DNA of 64,000 bases from an uncultured Thermoplasmatales archaeon (GCA_964581775.1 CAZOQA010000005.1:52-64051); one strand, 5' to 3'. Counted from the first letter of the stretch, positions 37,889 to 46,783 are shown. Notes: generated by a model not told the origin, from the sequence alone. Numbers and translations are program-made.

Positions 37889-39181
37889 CTATTTCGGCTT
37901 CTCGGTACCCCATTTCTCGACGGCTTGGGCCACGGCGTCGCTGGATTGGGCGATTGTGTCCAACCTTTCCCCGTCCATCAGGCCCTGGATGACCTCGCGC
38001 AAAGCGCGGGCGCCGGCCCGTGATCCGTCGGGGTGACCGTGGATGCCGCCCCCAAGCTGGATGACGAGCTCGTTCCCGTAAAGGTCCATGATCTCGGGGA
38101 TGATGCCGGGGTGCAGGCCGCCGCTGGCGACGGGGAACGCGGGCGCGATCTGGCCCCAGTCCTGACCGAGCAACGTGGCGCGCGGCTGGGTGTGCTCCTC
38201 GCGGAGCTGGTCCCGGTTGGCGGCGACCTCGTCCTCGGGGCTGACCAGTTTGCCCACGACGGTGCCGGTGTGGAGCTGGTCGACGCCGATGAGCCTGAGA
38301 AGCTTGGCCAGGCAGGGCATGGCCATGCCGTGCGTTTCGTCCTTGGTGAACATCGCGTGCATGGCCCGGTGCGCGTGGATGGCCAACCCCAGGTCTTCGG
38401 TCGCCTCACGGATGGTTTGCAGGCCCCCGAACCCGGTCGTGACCACGTCCACCATCGCGTACTCCCATCCTTCCTCGTTGAGGAGCTTAGCCCTCCGGAT
38501 GGCTTCCTCTGTCTCGGCCGTGATGTTGATCAGCGCGGACTTGGTCTCCCCGGTCTCCTCCTCCGCTTGGCTTCGCTTGCGGGTGAGCTCGTCCACGCGG
38601 TCCTCGAACCTGTTGAAGGATTGGCCGGTGAGGTTCTCGTCGTCCTTGATGAGGTCGACGCCGCCGACCCAGGCCTCGTACCCGACATCGGCGTGCTCGC
38701 TGGCGCTCCAGCCCAGCTTGGGTTTGGGCACGGTCGCGGTGAGCGGGCGTTGGGGGATCCCGAGTCGCTCGCGCAGGCCGTGGATTCCGTACGCTGGGCC
38801 CGGGAACCCTTCCAGGTACTCGGGGGGGAAACGTAGGTCCAGAAGGCGCAACCGGTCCACGGCCTTCATGCCGAAGATGTTCCCTGCGACGCCGCTTAGG
38901 AGCTGCGGCATGTTGCTGGGTTCCCACAGCTCAAGCGGGTAGCGGACCTTCACGGTCGTCTCGTCCCAGTCGTAAGCGACGGCCTTGAGCTCGTCCAGTC
39001 GGTCGGGCATCTGGGCGAGGGTGGTCCACGTGCCCACGCTGGATTCGCTGGCGATGCGGCCCAGCGCTTCGAGCCTGGAGGTGTCCGCGTCGGGCTCGTA
39101 TCGGAACAGGGCCAAGATGTCCGAGCTTTTGGGCTCGGCGTCGTCGTCGACGAACGCGTCGTACCATGCGGTCCCAGCCAT
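37889..39181 (-). CDS. rbcL: Form III ribulose-1,5-bisphosphate carboxylase
   Basis: ASESSVGTWT, VPKPKLG, GGVDLIKDDENL (carbamylation Lys), HAHRAMH, DQLHTGT, SGGLHPG, QLGGGIHGHP. Confidence 0.95.
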   Translation of the reverse strand: MAGTAWYDAFVDDDAEPKSSDILALFRYEPDADTSRLEALGRIASESSVGTWTTLAQMPDRLDELKAVAYDWDETTVKVRYPLELWEPSNMPQLLSGVAGNIFGMKAVDRLRLLDLRFPPEYLEGFPGPAYGIHGLRERLGIPQRPLTATVPKPKLGWSASEHADVGYEAWVGGVDLIKDDENLTGQSFNRFEDRVDELTRKRSQAEEETGETKSALINITAETEEAIRRAKLLNEEGWEYAMVDVVTTGFGGLQTIREATEDLGLAIHAHRAMHAMFTKDETHGMAMPCLAKLLRLIGVDQLHTGTVVGKLVSPEDEVAANRDQLREEHTQPRATLLGQDWGQIAPAFPVASGGLHPGIIPEIMDLYGNELVIQLGGGIHGHPDGSRAGARALREVIQGLMDGERLDTIAQSSDAVAQAVEKWGTEKPK

Positions 39182-39321
39182 CGTGGCCTCATGCGGGGCT
39201 TGGCACTTACGAGTAGCGCCGAGACGGCGTGTTCGAGCGACCTGCTCTTTTAAAGGGAGGCGGGGTGGATGTGGCCCTAGGGAAACCTTCATCCGGTCCG
39301 AGGCCCACAGGCACCTGGACG

Positions 39322-40884
39322 ATGCCTTCTGTCGGTTTGACGCTTTCATGCCAGCTTCTGGACCTCGACCTGGGTCGCTACCAGGTGGTCCTGAACAAGG
39401 AGGACGCGGAAACGCTGGGTGTGCACGCCCAGGATCGGCTCAAGGTTCGGGTGGACGGCGAGAGCGTGGTTGCCGTGCTGGACACCACCGAGGCCGTCAT
39501 CCAGCCGGGCCACGTGGGCGTGTTCCCCAACGTAGCCAAGACGCTTGCGTTGGAGAACGAGGATCCTGTGGAGCTCGAGCCTGCCGAGCGCCCTTCCAGC
39601 GTTGACCACATCCGCTCCAAGATGGATGACACGGAGCTGGAGGCTCCGCAGATCCGCGAGCTGGTGGAGGACATGGTCTCCGGGGCGCTCACCGACATCG
39701 AGCTGGCCGCGTTCGTGACCAGCGTCCAGATCCACGGCATGAACCTGCGCGAGACCGAGAACCTCACGCGAAGCATGGTGGACACGGGTGAGCGCATCCG
39801 CTTCGGGGACGAGGTCGTGTACGACAAGCACAGCATCGGGGGGGTGCCGGGGAACAAGATCACGCTGTTGATCGTGCCCATCGTGGCCGCGGCCGGGTTG
39901 AAGATCCCGAAGACGAGCTCGCGCGCGATCACGGGCGCCGCCGGCACCAGCGACGTGGTCGAGATGTTCTGCGATGTGCGCTTGTCCGCGGACCGGATCC
40001 GCGAGATCACGGACAGCGTCGGAGGCGTGATGGCGTGGGGAGGCGCTGTGAACCTGGCGCCGGCGGATGACATCATCATCCGCGTGGAGCACCCTTTGAG
40101 CCTGGATCCTCGCTCGATCCTCCTGGCCAGCGTGATGGCCAAGAAACAGGCGGTGAACGCGGACAGCGTCGTCATCGACATCCCGATGGGGGCCGGGAGC
40201 AAGGTCCCGCACATGGGCAAGGCCAAGGAGATGGCGCGGGATTTCATCGCGCTGGGCGACCGGCTTGGCATGAACGTGGAGTGCGCGATCACGTACGGCG
40301 GGCAGCCCGTGGGGAAGACCGTGGGCCCCGCGCTGGAGGCGAACGAGGCGGTGCGCGCCATGCGGGACGGCGATGCGCCCGAGAGCTTCACCAAGAAGGC
40401 AACCAGCGTGGCCGGCGTGTTGCTCGAGATGGGCGGCGTGGCCCGTCGAGGCCAGGGCCAGGCCGAGGCGCAGAGGCTTTTGGAGAACGGTGCCGCGTGG
40501 GAGAAGTTCTGTGAGATCGTGCAAGCCCAGGGGGGCCCCGAGCCGGATTTGCAAGAGGTGGGCGAGCACGCCAGCGAGATCCGAGCCGACAAGGGGGGGT
40601 ACGTTTCGGCGGTGGACAACCGCGCGATCGTGAAGATAGCCCGGGCGTTGGGGGCTCCCCGCGTGAAGGGCGCGGGCGTGGAGCTTCTGAAAAAGCGCGG
40701 GGACGGCGTCGAGGAGGGGGAGACGCTGTTGCGGTTGCACACGGAGAGCGATCACCAGTTGCGCATCGCCAAGCAGGTGGCCTCCCGCGTGCACCCGGTC
40801 GAGGTGGAGGGCATGCTCTTGGAGCGGGTCCCGGAGGTTCGCCAGATGGAGGGCGGCATGCACGTGAGCGAACCGGCCGAGTGA
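39322..40884 (+). CDS. AMP phosphorylase
   Basis: N-terminal double-psi barrel; DKHSIGGVPGNK, PKTSSRAITGAAGT, VEHPLSLDP; start 39322 or TTG 39337. Confidence 0.92.
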   Translation: MPSVGLTLSCQLLDLDLGRYQVVLNKEDAETLGVHAQDRLKVRVDGESVVAVLDTTEAVIQPGHVGVFPNVAKTLALENEDPVELEPAERPSSVDHIRSKMDDTELEAPQIRELVEDMVSGALTDIELAAFVTSVQIHGMNLRETENLTRSMVDTGERIRFGDEVVYDKHSIGGVPGNKITLLIVPIVAAAGLKIPKTSSRAITGAAGTSDVVEMFCDVRLSADRIREITDSVGGVMAWGGAVNLAPADDIIIRVEHPLSLDPRSILLASVMAKKQAVNADSVVIDIPMGAGSKVPHMGKAKEMARDFIALGDRLGMNVECAITYGGQPVGKTVGPALEANEAVRAMRDGDAPESFTKKATSVAGVLLEMGGVARRGQGQAEAQRLLENGAAWEKFCEIVQAQGGPEPDLQEVGEHASEIRADKGGYVSAVDNRAIVKIARALGAPRVKGAGVELLKKRGDGVEEGETLLRLHTESDHQLRIAKQVASRVHPVEVEGMLLERVPEVRQMEGGMHVSEPAE

Positions 40885-40932
40885 CCCGGCGGGGACCGGG
40901 GGCTTCAAGCGGGGAAGCCGCCGTGCCGGGGT

Positions 40933-41262
40933 GTGGTCGAGTGCTGGATCGCGTGGACGTTCATCCTCGCCGCAAACGCGGTGGGGTGGTGGGCGATCCG
41001 CCACGACAAGAAGGCGGCGCGGTCTCGGGGCAAGGGGTATCGGTCCAGCCCCCGGCGCCGGATCCCGGAGCGCTGGTTTTGGGCGGTGGCGTTCTTCGGG
41101 GGTTTCGTGGCGATGATGGTCGCGATGGGTCGCTACCGGCACAAGACGCGCAAGCTGTCCTTCCAGATCCCGTTCTTCGTGGCAGCGTTCGTGTCCTCGC
41201 TCGTGTGGGCGGGGTGGTTGTCCGTGCTGAGCTGTTTCCCGTTCGCTTCTCTTCTAGCCTAG
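40933..41262 (+). CDS. DUF1294 family membrane protein
   Basis: DKKAA, RIPERW...AFFGG...AM..YRHKTRK..F. Confidence 0.85.
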   Translation: MVECWIAWTFILAANAVGWWAIRHDKKAARSRGKGYRSSPRRRIPERWFWAVAFFGGFVAMMVAMGRYRHKTRKLSFQIPFFVAAFVSSLVWAGWLSVLSCFPFASLLA

Positions 41263-41306
41263 GGTTGGCCAGGTGGGAGGGATCCGCCAGCAAGCGCCGG
41301 CGGGGT

Positions 41307-41314
41307 AAGAAAAA
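41307..41314 (-). terminator. Oligo-U archaeal terminator of the candidate sRNA
   Basis: TTTTTCTT on the minus strand, 6 nt after the closing stem. Confidence 0.55.
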
Positions 41315-41414
41315 GGGGGCGCGAACAACGCAAGGGACGAAGGGTGTGTGACGAGGTGTTGCCGAACCTTGGTGTTGCGTTGCCGAACCGAGCGACCGCA
41401 GGCGTTGTTCGCAC
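41307..41414 (-). ncRNA. Candidate novel small RNA (~100 nt) with 11-bp terminal stem and two internal GGUUCGGCAAC repeats
   Basis: Perfect inverted repeat 41321-41331/41402-41412; direct repeats 41358-41368 and 41379-41389; BRE/TATA upstream and U-tract downstream; no convincing ORF. Confidence 0.6.
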
Positions 41415-41433
41415 AACCACCGTTCCCGGGGGG

Positions 41434-41450
41434 TATAAAAACGTTTATCG
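41434..41450 (-). promoter_or_regulatory. BRE plus TATA box for the candidate sRNA
   Basis: CGATAAACG-TTTTTATA on the minus strand; spacing predicts a start at about 41409-41412. Confidence 0.65.
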
Positions 41451-41501
41451 TGACGCGGGCTTCGCGTCCTGGTACAAGCCTTGACCAGCGGGCCCGGCCG
41501 G

Positions 41502-42227
41502 TCACTTGGTCTTGCGGATGTACACGGGGCTTGGACCTTGATCGCGCTCTCGGCGGACCTCGAAGAGATCGTCGTTGGCTTCGATGAGGTCGAGAAGCTT
41601 GTCGGCCCCATACTCGCGCAGATCGAAGCTGGAGTCCAGCTGGCGCAGCATGTCCCCGAGCGCGCCCAGCTCGGCCCACCCGTCGTCGCCTTCGGTGAGT
41701 TCATAGGCGCGGGTGAGCAGTTGGCGGGCTTTCTCCAGGCCTTCGACGCCCTGGCTGGACCCGGAGGTGGTGGCGGTAAGGTTGCGGGGGTCCACGAAGA
41801 GGTTCGTGGCGCGGATGAGCGGGCTTGCGGTGCGTTCCTTGTTCCCGATGACCATCACGAACTTGCCGGCCTCGCGCAGCCGCATGACCAGGTGCGTGTA
41901 GTCGCTGTCGCTTGAGATGATGCAGAACGCGTCGACGTTCCCGCTGTAGAGGATGTCCATCGCGTCGATGATAAGCGATGCGTCCGTGCTGTTCTTCCCG
42001 GCCACGAAGCTGGAGGTCTGGATGGGCTGGAGGGCGTACTCGTGCATGACCTTGTCCCAGCCGTTCATGTGGTCCTTGCCCCAGTCCCCGTAGACGCGGC
42101 GGATGGTCGGGATGCCGTGACGTCCCACCTCTTCGAGCATCTCTTTGATGAGGGCGGGTTGGGCGTTGTCGCCGTCGACGAGGACGGCGAAGGTCTCACG
42201 GTCTTGGAACGCATCGGGTTCGCTCAT
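41502..42227 (-). CDS. NYN-domain RNase with C-terminal OST-HTH/LOTUS domain (LabA/DUF88)
   Basis: AVLVDGDN, RRVYGDW, GKNSTD..LIIDAMD, SSDSDY; LOTUS-like WAELGALG..L...DSSFD..YG..KL.DL. Confidence 0.92.
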   Translation of the reverse strand: MSEPDAFQDRETFAVLVDGDNAQPALIKEMLEEVGRHGIPTIRRVYGDWGKDHMNGWDKVMHEYALQPIQTSSFVAGKNSTDASLIIDAMDILYSGNVDAFCIISSDSDYTHLVMRLREAGKFVMVIGNKERTASPLIRATNLFVDPRNLTATTSGSSQGVEGLEKARQLLTRAYELTEGDDGWAELGALGDMLRQLDSSFDLREYGADKLLDLIEANDDLFEVRRERDQGPSPVYIRKTK

Positions 42228-42311
42228 GGCGACGGGCCTTGAGCAAGGATTCGGTTGCATCGCATAAGGGGTTACCCCTTCTATCGGGGCACGCCGTGGC
42301 ACGGGCAGCGT

Positions 42312-42803
42312 CTATCCCTGCCGGGGGTTGCGGCCCCAGGCCTCGTCGAGCCGGTGACACACCACGGTCCCCTCCGTGAGCAGGTTCCCTTCTGGGTCCT
42401 GGACCTCGACATCGACGTGGACGCGTCGCCCGTCGACGCGCTCGACGGTGGAGACCAGGCGGACCGGGTCCTCGATCGGGGCAGGCGCCCTGAACGTGGT
42501 CTCGAGCTTGGCCGTGACGTAGTGCGGGACCGGGTCCTCCCCCTTCGCGATGGCCCGCCAAGTCGCCGTCCAGATGCCGTGACAATCCACGAGCGTGGAC
42601 TGCGGGCCGCCTCCGAGCACGCCCGCGCTTCCCGCGTGCTGCTGTTCCCCCTGGTACTCGGCGACGAGGCCCATCTCGCCGTCGCCCGGGTACGATTTCA
42701 ACCGGAACCCCTCCGGGTTGTGCGGCCCACACCCGAAACACAGGTTCTCGTGCTCCATCATGTCCTGCACGGCGGTCTCGTCCTCGCGCTCGATGGCGGG
42801 CAT
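42312..42803 (-). CDS. PaaI/hotdog-fold thioesterase family protein
   Basis: CFGCGPHNPEG, VLGGG..STLVDCH, VTAKLETTFRAP. Confidence 0.85.
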   Translation of the reverse strand: MPAIEREDETAVQDMMEHENLCFGCGPHNPEGFRLKSYPGDGEMGLVAEYQGEQQHAGSAGVLGGGPQSTLVDCHGIWTATWRAIAKGEDPVPHYVTAKLETTFRAPAPIEDPVRLVSTVERVDGRRVHVDVEVQDPEGNLLTEGTVVCHRLDEAWGRNPRQG

Positions 42804-42900
42804 CGCTCGCCAGCAAGGGCTCGTGCCGCAAGTACGTGACGGACCCCCCGGGCCCCCAGCAGCAAGGGCTTAAGGCGAGGCTGGACTACAGCGTACCACG

Positions 42901-44265
42901 ATGGCTTCCGGAAGCGACGGGATGACCATGGCCGAGAAGATCCTGGCCCAGCACGCTGACGAGGAGAGCCTGCACCCCGGCCAGGTGGTCGAGGTCCCCG
43001 TCGACGTAGCCATGGCGCACGAAGCCTGCGCCCAACTGGTAGGTCCCTTCGAGGAGATGGGCGCCGAGGAGGTCTGGGACCGCGAGAAGATCGTGATCCC
43101 CATCGACCACTGGGTCCCCGCCAGCAGCGAGTCCAGCGCGCGCCTTCACCACATCGTCCGCGATTTCGTGGACGAGCACGATCTTCCGCACTTCTACGAC
43201 ATCGGGGGCGGCCACGGCATCTGCCACCAGATCCTGCTCGAGGAGGGCTTTTGCCTACCCGGCGACATCGTGGTCGGCACCGACTCACACACGAACATGG
43301 CCGGCGCGGTCGGCTCGTTCGCGTGCGGCATCGGGCCCACCGAGATGGCCAGCGTGTTCGCCCTCGGCGAAGCGTGGTTCAAGGTTCCCGAGACCATCCG
43401 CGTGCAGCTGACCGGCGGGTACGAGTTCCCGGTGATGAGCAAGGACTTGATCTTGCACCTTCTGGGCGAGTTGACCACGCGCGGCGGCATCTACAAGAGC
43501 ATCGAGTTCGGGGGCCCGGGGCTCTCCTCGATGCCCATGTACCAGCGCATGACGATCACGAACATGACCACCGAGCTCGGCGCCAAGGCCGGCATGATCG
43601 AGCCGGACCGAGAGACGATGCGCTACCTCGAGGAGCTGCCCGAGATCAAGAATGGGCGCGAGGACGAGCTCCGCGAGCACGAGGACTTGGCAAGCGACGA
43701 GGATGCCACGTTCGAGCGCACCGTGAACGTGGACCTCGACCAGCTCGAGCCGCTTGTCGCGCGCCCGCAAAGCCCCGACAACGTGCACCCCGTCGCCGAG
43801 ACGTCCACCGGCAAGGTCGACCAAGTGTTCGTCGGCTCCTGCACCAACGCCCGCCTGGAGGACCTGCGCGTCGTGGCCAGCATCCTGGAGGGGCAAACGT
43901 TGGCCGACGGCACGCGGCTTCTGGTGTACCCGGCCAGCCAACGCATCTACCGGGAAGGCATGCAGGAGGGCATCGCGGAGGCCATCATGGACGCCGGCGG
44001 CGTGTACAACGTGTCCAGCTGCGGGGCCTGCTTCGGCGGCATGGGCGGCGTCCTGGACGCGGGCGAGGTGTGCGTGTCCACCAGCAACCGCAACTTCCCA
44101 GGCCGCATGGGGCACGTGGAGTCGCACTCGTACCTTGTCAGCCCCGTCACGGCAGCCGTCACCGGGCTCTACGGCGAACTCGTGGACCCGCGCGATCACC
44201 TGTCCAAGAACGAGTGGAAACGCGTGGATCAGGCCAGCCAGGAAGGGCTCAAGGCGCTCGCTTAA
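42901..44265 (+). CDS. 3-isopropylmalate dehydratase/homoaconitase large subunit
   Basis: AEKILA, GICHQ, GTDSHT, FVGSCTNARLEDL, SCGACFG, STSNRNFPGRMG. Confidence 0.93.
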   Translation: MASGSDGMTMAEKILAQHADEESLHPGQVVEVPVDVAMAHEACAQLVGPFEEMGAEEVWDREKIVIPIDHWVPASSESSARLHHIVRDFVDEHDLPHFYDIGGGHGICHQILLEEGFCLPGDIVVGTDSHTNMAGAVGSFACGIGPTEMASVFALGEAWFKVPETIRVQLTGGYEFPVMSKDLILHLLGELTTRGGIYKSIEFGGPGLSSMPMYQRMTITNMTTELGAKAGMIEPDRETMRYLEELPEIKNGREDELREHEDLASDEDATFERTVNVDLDQLEPLVARPQSPDNVHPVAETSTGKVDQVFVGSCTNARLEDLRVVASILEGQTLADGTRLLVYPASQRIYREGMQEGIAEAIMDAGGVYNVSSCGACFGGMGGVLDAGEVCVSTSNRNFPGRMGHVESHSYLVSPVTAAVTGLYGELVDPRDHLSKNEWKRVDQASQEGLKALA

Positions 44266-44273
44266 GGCTCAGG

Positions 44274-44666
44274 TCAATACGCTTCGATCTCGACGCCGGA
44301 GACCCTCTCGAAGTGCTTGCGGTTCCTTGTTAGGATGGGATGATCCTCCGCTTTCGCCATCCCGGCGATCTGGGCATCGATGGGGTCCAGCATCTCGCCA
44401 CGGCGAACCAGGCGGCCCGAGATGAGTCCAGCTTGACGCGCGTGACTCGGTTCGAACGCCAAGAGGGTATATGCACCCAGCACATCCTCGACGAGGTTGC
44501 GTTCCTCTCGGGGGCGGTCGGAGCGCTCGATGCCCTCGAACAACTCGAAGATGGCCGGGGACGGGATCCAAAGGACGCGGCCATCCCCCTCAAGCTGGCG
44601 CACGGTTTCCACGGCGTCTTGGTCGCCGCGGAGCAGGTCGATCAGGACCGTCGTATCGAGGATCAT
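44274..44666 (-). CDS. vapC: VapC PIN-domain toxin
   Basis: ILDTTVLID, FELFEG, IDAQIAG, LTRNRKHF. Confidence 0.9.
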   Translation of the reverse strand: MILDTTVLIDLLRGDQDAVETVRQLEGDGRVLWIPSPAIFELFEGIERSDRPREERNLVEDVLGAYTLLAFEPSHARQAGLISGRLVRRGEMLDPIDAQIAGMAKAEDHPILTRNRKHFERVSGVEIEAY

Positions 44667-44902
44667 TCCAGCCCGAGCTCCTCGCGTCGACGACGTGTGC
44701 GGTCCCGGCGGTTGGCCTCGATGGCCTCGGCCAGGCTCTCTGCAGCGTCCTCATCCATGGTTTCGGTCAGGTCGGCCAGAGAGCGTGTGCGCGTCAGGCG
44801 TCTTACCACTTCGCTGAAGGATTCTCCCGGCTGCCGCATCTGGGAGAGGGCCTCGTAGGCATCCTCGGCCAGGCTAATCGTCTTGCTACCCACGATGCCC
44901 AT
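44663..44902 (-). CDS. vapB: VapB-type antitoxin
   Basis: KTISLAEDAYEAL....PGESFSEVVRRL; 4-bp overlap with vapC. Confidence 0.88.
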   Translation of the reverse strand: MGIVGSKTISLAEDAYEALSQMRQPGESFSEVVRRLTRTRSLADLTETMDEDAAESLAEAIEANRRDRTRRRREELGLE

Positions 44903-44946
44903 ATGTGTATCCTGTGTACTTCAGTCTTTGGCTGAGGCCCCGGCCC

Positions 44947-44954
44947 ATATATAA
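44947..44954 (+). promoter_or_regulatory. TATA box of aspS (leaderless)
   Basis: ATATATAA 23 nt upstream of the ATG at 44978. Confidence 0.65.
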
Positions 44955-44977
44955 GGGACGTCTGCGGTTGCGCGGCC

Positions 44978-46297
44978 ATGAGCATCCCTCTTGACGAGCG
45001 GGTCGCGATCCCGGATCTCTCCGCGGACGACGATGGCGATGAGGTCGTCATCGCGGGGTGGATCCAGGAGGTCCGCGACCTGGGAGGCATCGCGTTCGTC
45101 CAACTGCGCGAGGGCACGAGCACCGGCCAGGTCGTGTTGCCCAAGAAGAAGGTCAGCGAGGAGATCGCGGACACGCTGATCGAGACGAACCGCGAGAGCG
45201 TCGTCGCGGTGCAGGGCACGGTGCAAGAGAGCGACCAAGCCCCCGGAGGCTACGAGGTGCTGCCCAGCCAGGTGGAGGTCCTCAACGAGGCCGATGCCCC
45301 GCTGCCCATGGGCGTCGTCGACAAGGTGGACACGGACCTAGACACGCGCATCGACAACCGGTTCCTCGACGTGCGACGACCCGACGTGCAGGCCATCTTC
45401 CAGATCCGCGCGGCCGCGCTCGAGGGCGGACGACGGTGGCTGATCGACGAAGGCTTCACCGAGATCACCAGCCCCAACATCATCGGGGCCGCCAGCGAAG
45501 GCGGCACCGACGTGTTCGAGGTCTCCTACTTCGAGGACACCGCGTACCTCTCCCAGAGCCCGCAGCTGTACAAGCAGATGATGATGGCCACGGGCTTGGA
45601 CCGCGTCTTCGAGATCGCCAAGTACTTCCGCGCAGAGCGCCACAACACGCGCCGGCACCTGAACGAGTCCAGCGCGTTCGACTGCGAGACCGCGTTCATC
45701 GACGACGAGGAGGACGTGCTCTGGGTGCTCGAGAACCTCGTTCACGCCATCACGAGCCACGTGGCCGAGCACTGCACCGACGAGCTCGAAGTGCTCGGGA
45801 AGGACGTACACGTCCCCGAGACCCCCTTCGAGCGCGTCACCTACGACGAAGCGCTCGACTGGACCCAGGACAGGGTCGAGGAGGAGGTCCCCTGGGGCGA
45901 GGATCTGTCCACGGAGGCCGAGTACGCGCTGGGCGAGATCATGGCCGACAAGGGCCACGAGTACTACTTCATCACGAAGTACCCCGACGCGTGCAAACCC
46001 TTCTACGCCATGCCCGAAGGCGAGCTCTCCCGCAGCTTCGACCTGGGCCACAAGGGCATGGAGGTCACAAGCGGCGCCCAGCGCGTCCACGATCCCGACC
46101 AGCTCGAGGCGCGCATCCAGGAGATGGGTGTCGACGCCAGCGACTTCGAGGACTACCTGAAACCCTTCCGCTACGGGATGCCCCCGCACGGAGGCTTCGG
46201 TCTGGGGTTGGAGCGCGTCGTGATGGAGATGCTCGAGCTGGAGAACATCCGCGAAGCTGTGCTCTTCCCCCGCGACCGGTCCCGGCTTCGACCCTGA
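44978..46297 (+). CDS. aspS: Aspartate--tRNA ligase, archaeal type (probably non-discriminating)
   Basis: GWIQEVRDLGG, TRIDNRFLD.R, LSQSPQLYKQ, FRAE...T.RHLNE, YGMPPHGGFGLGLER. Confidence 0.95.
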   Translation: MSIPLDERVAIPDLSADDDGDEVVIAGWIQEVRDLGGIAFVQLREGTSTGQVVLPKKKVSEEIADTLIETNRESVVAVQGTVQESDQAPGGYEVLPSQVEVLNEADAPLPMGVVDKVDTDLDTRIDNRFLDVRRPDVQAIFQIRAAALEGGRRWLIDEGFTEITSPNIIGAASEGGTDVFEVSYFEDTAYLSQSPQLYKQMMMATGLDRVFEIAKYFRAERHNTRRHLNESSAFDCETAFIDDEEDVLWVLENLVHAITSHVAEHCTDELEVLGKDVHVPETPFERVTYDEALDWTQDRVEEEVPWGEDLSTEAEYALGEIMADKGHEYYFITKYPDACKPFYAMPEGELSRSFDLGHKGMEVTSGAQRVHDPDQLEARIQEMGVDASDFEDYLKPFRYGMPPHGGFGLGLERVVMEMLELENIREAVLFPRDRSRLRP

Positions 46298-46303
46298 GGA
46301 CGC

Positions 46304-46783
46304 TTACGCGCCCAGGCGCAGCGCCATCACGGCGATCCCCGCCAGCACCACGAGCCCGGCTCCCAGGCACGCGGCCGTCCAGGCTCGCCAGTACGAGCGC
46401 ACGCGCGAGCCGCCGGTGGTGCCGCGCTGTGCCTCGGCGTCCAGCTTGTCCCGGGCCACCCACATGCCCCCGAGGGCTACGGCCAGGATCAGCCAGAGCG
46501 TGGCGCCCGCGTGCAGAAACCCCGCGTCGGGGGCGGTGAAGTCGAAGCGGGCCCAGGGGCCCTCGACCATGAGCACACCGAGCACGAGCAGCGCCGCGGC
46601 CGCGGGGAGGAGAAGGACGTTCTGTACCGTTTGCACGAAGGAGAGCCCCATCTCGACGGTGCGGGAGTCCTCGTGGCCTTCCAGCCGGGGTCGGATCCAG
46701 GGCAGCGTCGCTAGGGCTCCCAGAAGGAGCCCGCTGGCGACAAGGTGGCCAAGCCTGAGCGCTTCGAACGGGGCAAGCGGCAT
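46304..46783 (-). CDS. DUF2269-like four-helix membrane protein
   Basis: LRLGHLVASGLLLG followed by three more TM helices. Confidence 0.6.
   Translation of the reverse strand: MPLAPFEALRLGHLVASGLLLGALATLPWIRPRLEGHEDSRTVEMGLSFVQTVQNVLLLPAAAALLVLGVLMVEGPWARFDFTAPDAGFLHAGATLWLILAVALGGMWVARDKLDAEAQRGTTGGSRVRSYWRAWTAACLGAGLVVLAGIAVMALRLGA

Noticed and set aside
41355-41389. Direct repeats as a mini-CRISPR array
   Set aside because: Repeats are only 11 nt with a 10-nt spacer, two copies, and no cas genes
41321-41412. tRNA or tRNA remnant (GGUUCG resembles a T-loop)
   Set aside because: No D/anticodon arms or cloverleaf; GGUUCG occurs twice and is not followed by a T-stem closure
41321-41412. MITE or IS end (terminal inverted repeats)
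   Set aside because: No target-site duplication, no second copy or transposase in the window, and promoter/terminator placement fits a transcript better; not fully excluded without a genome-wide search
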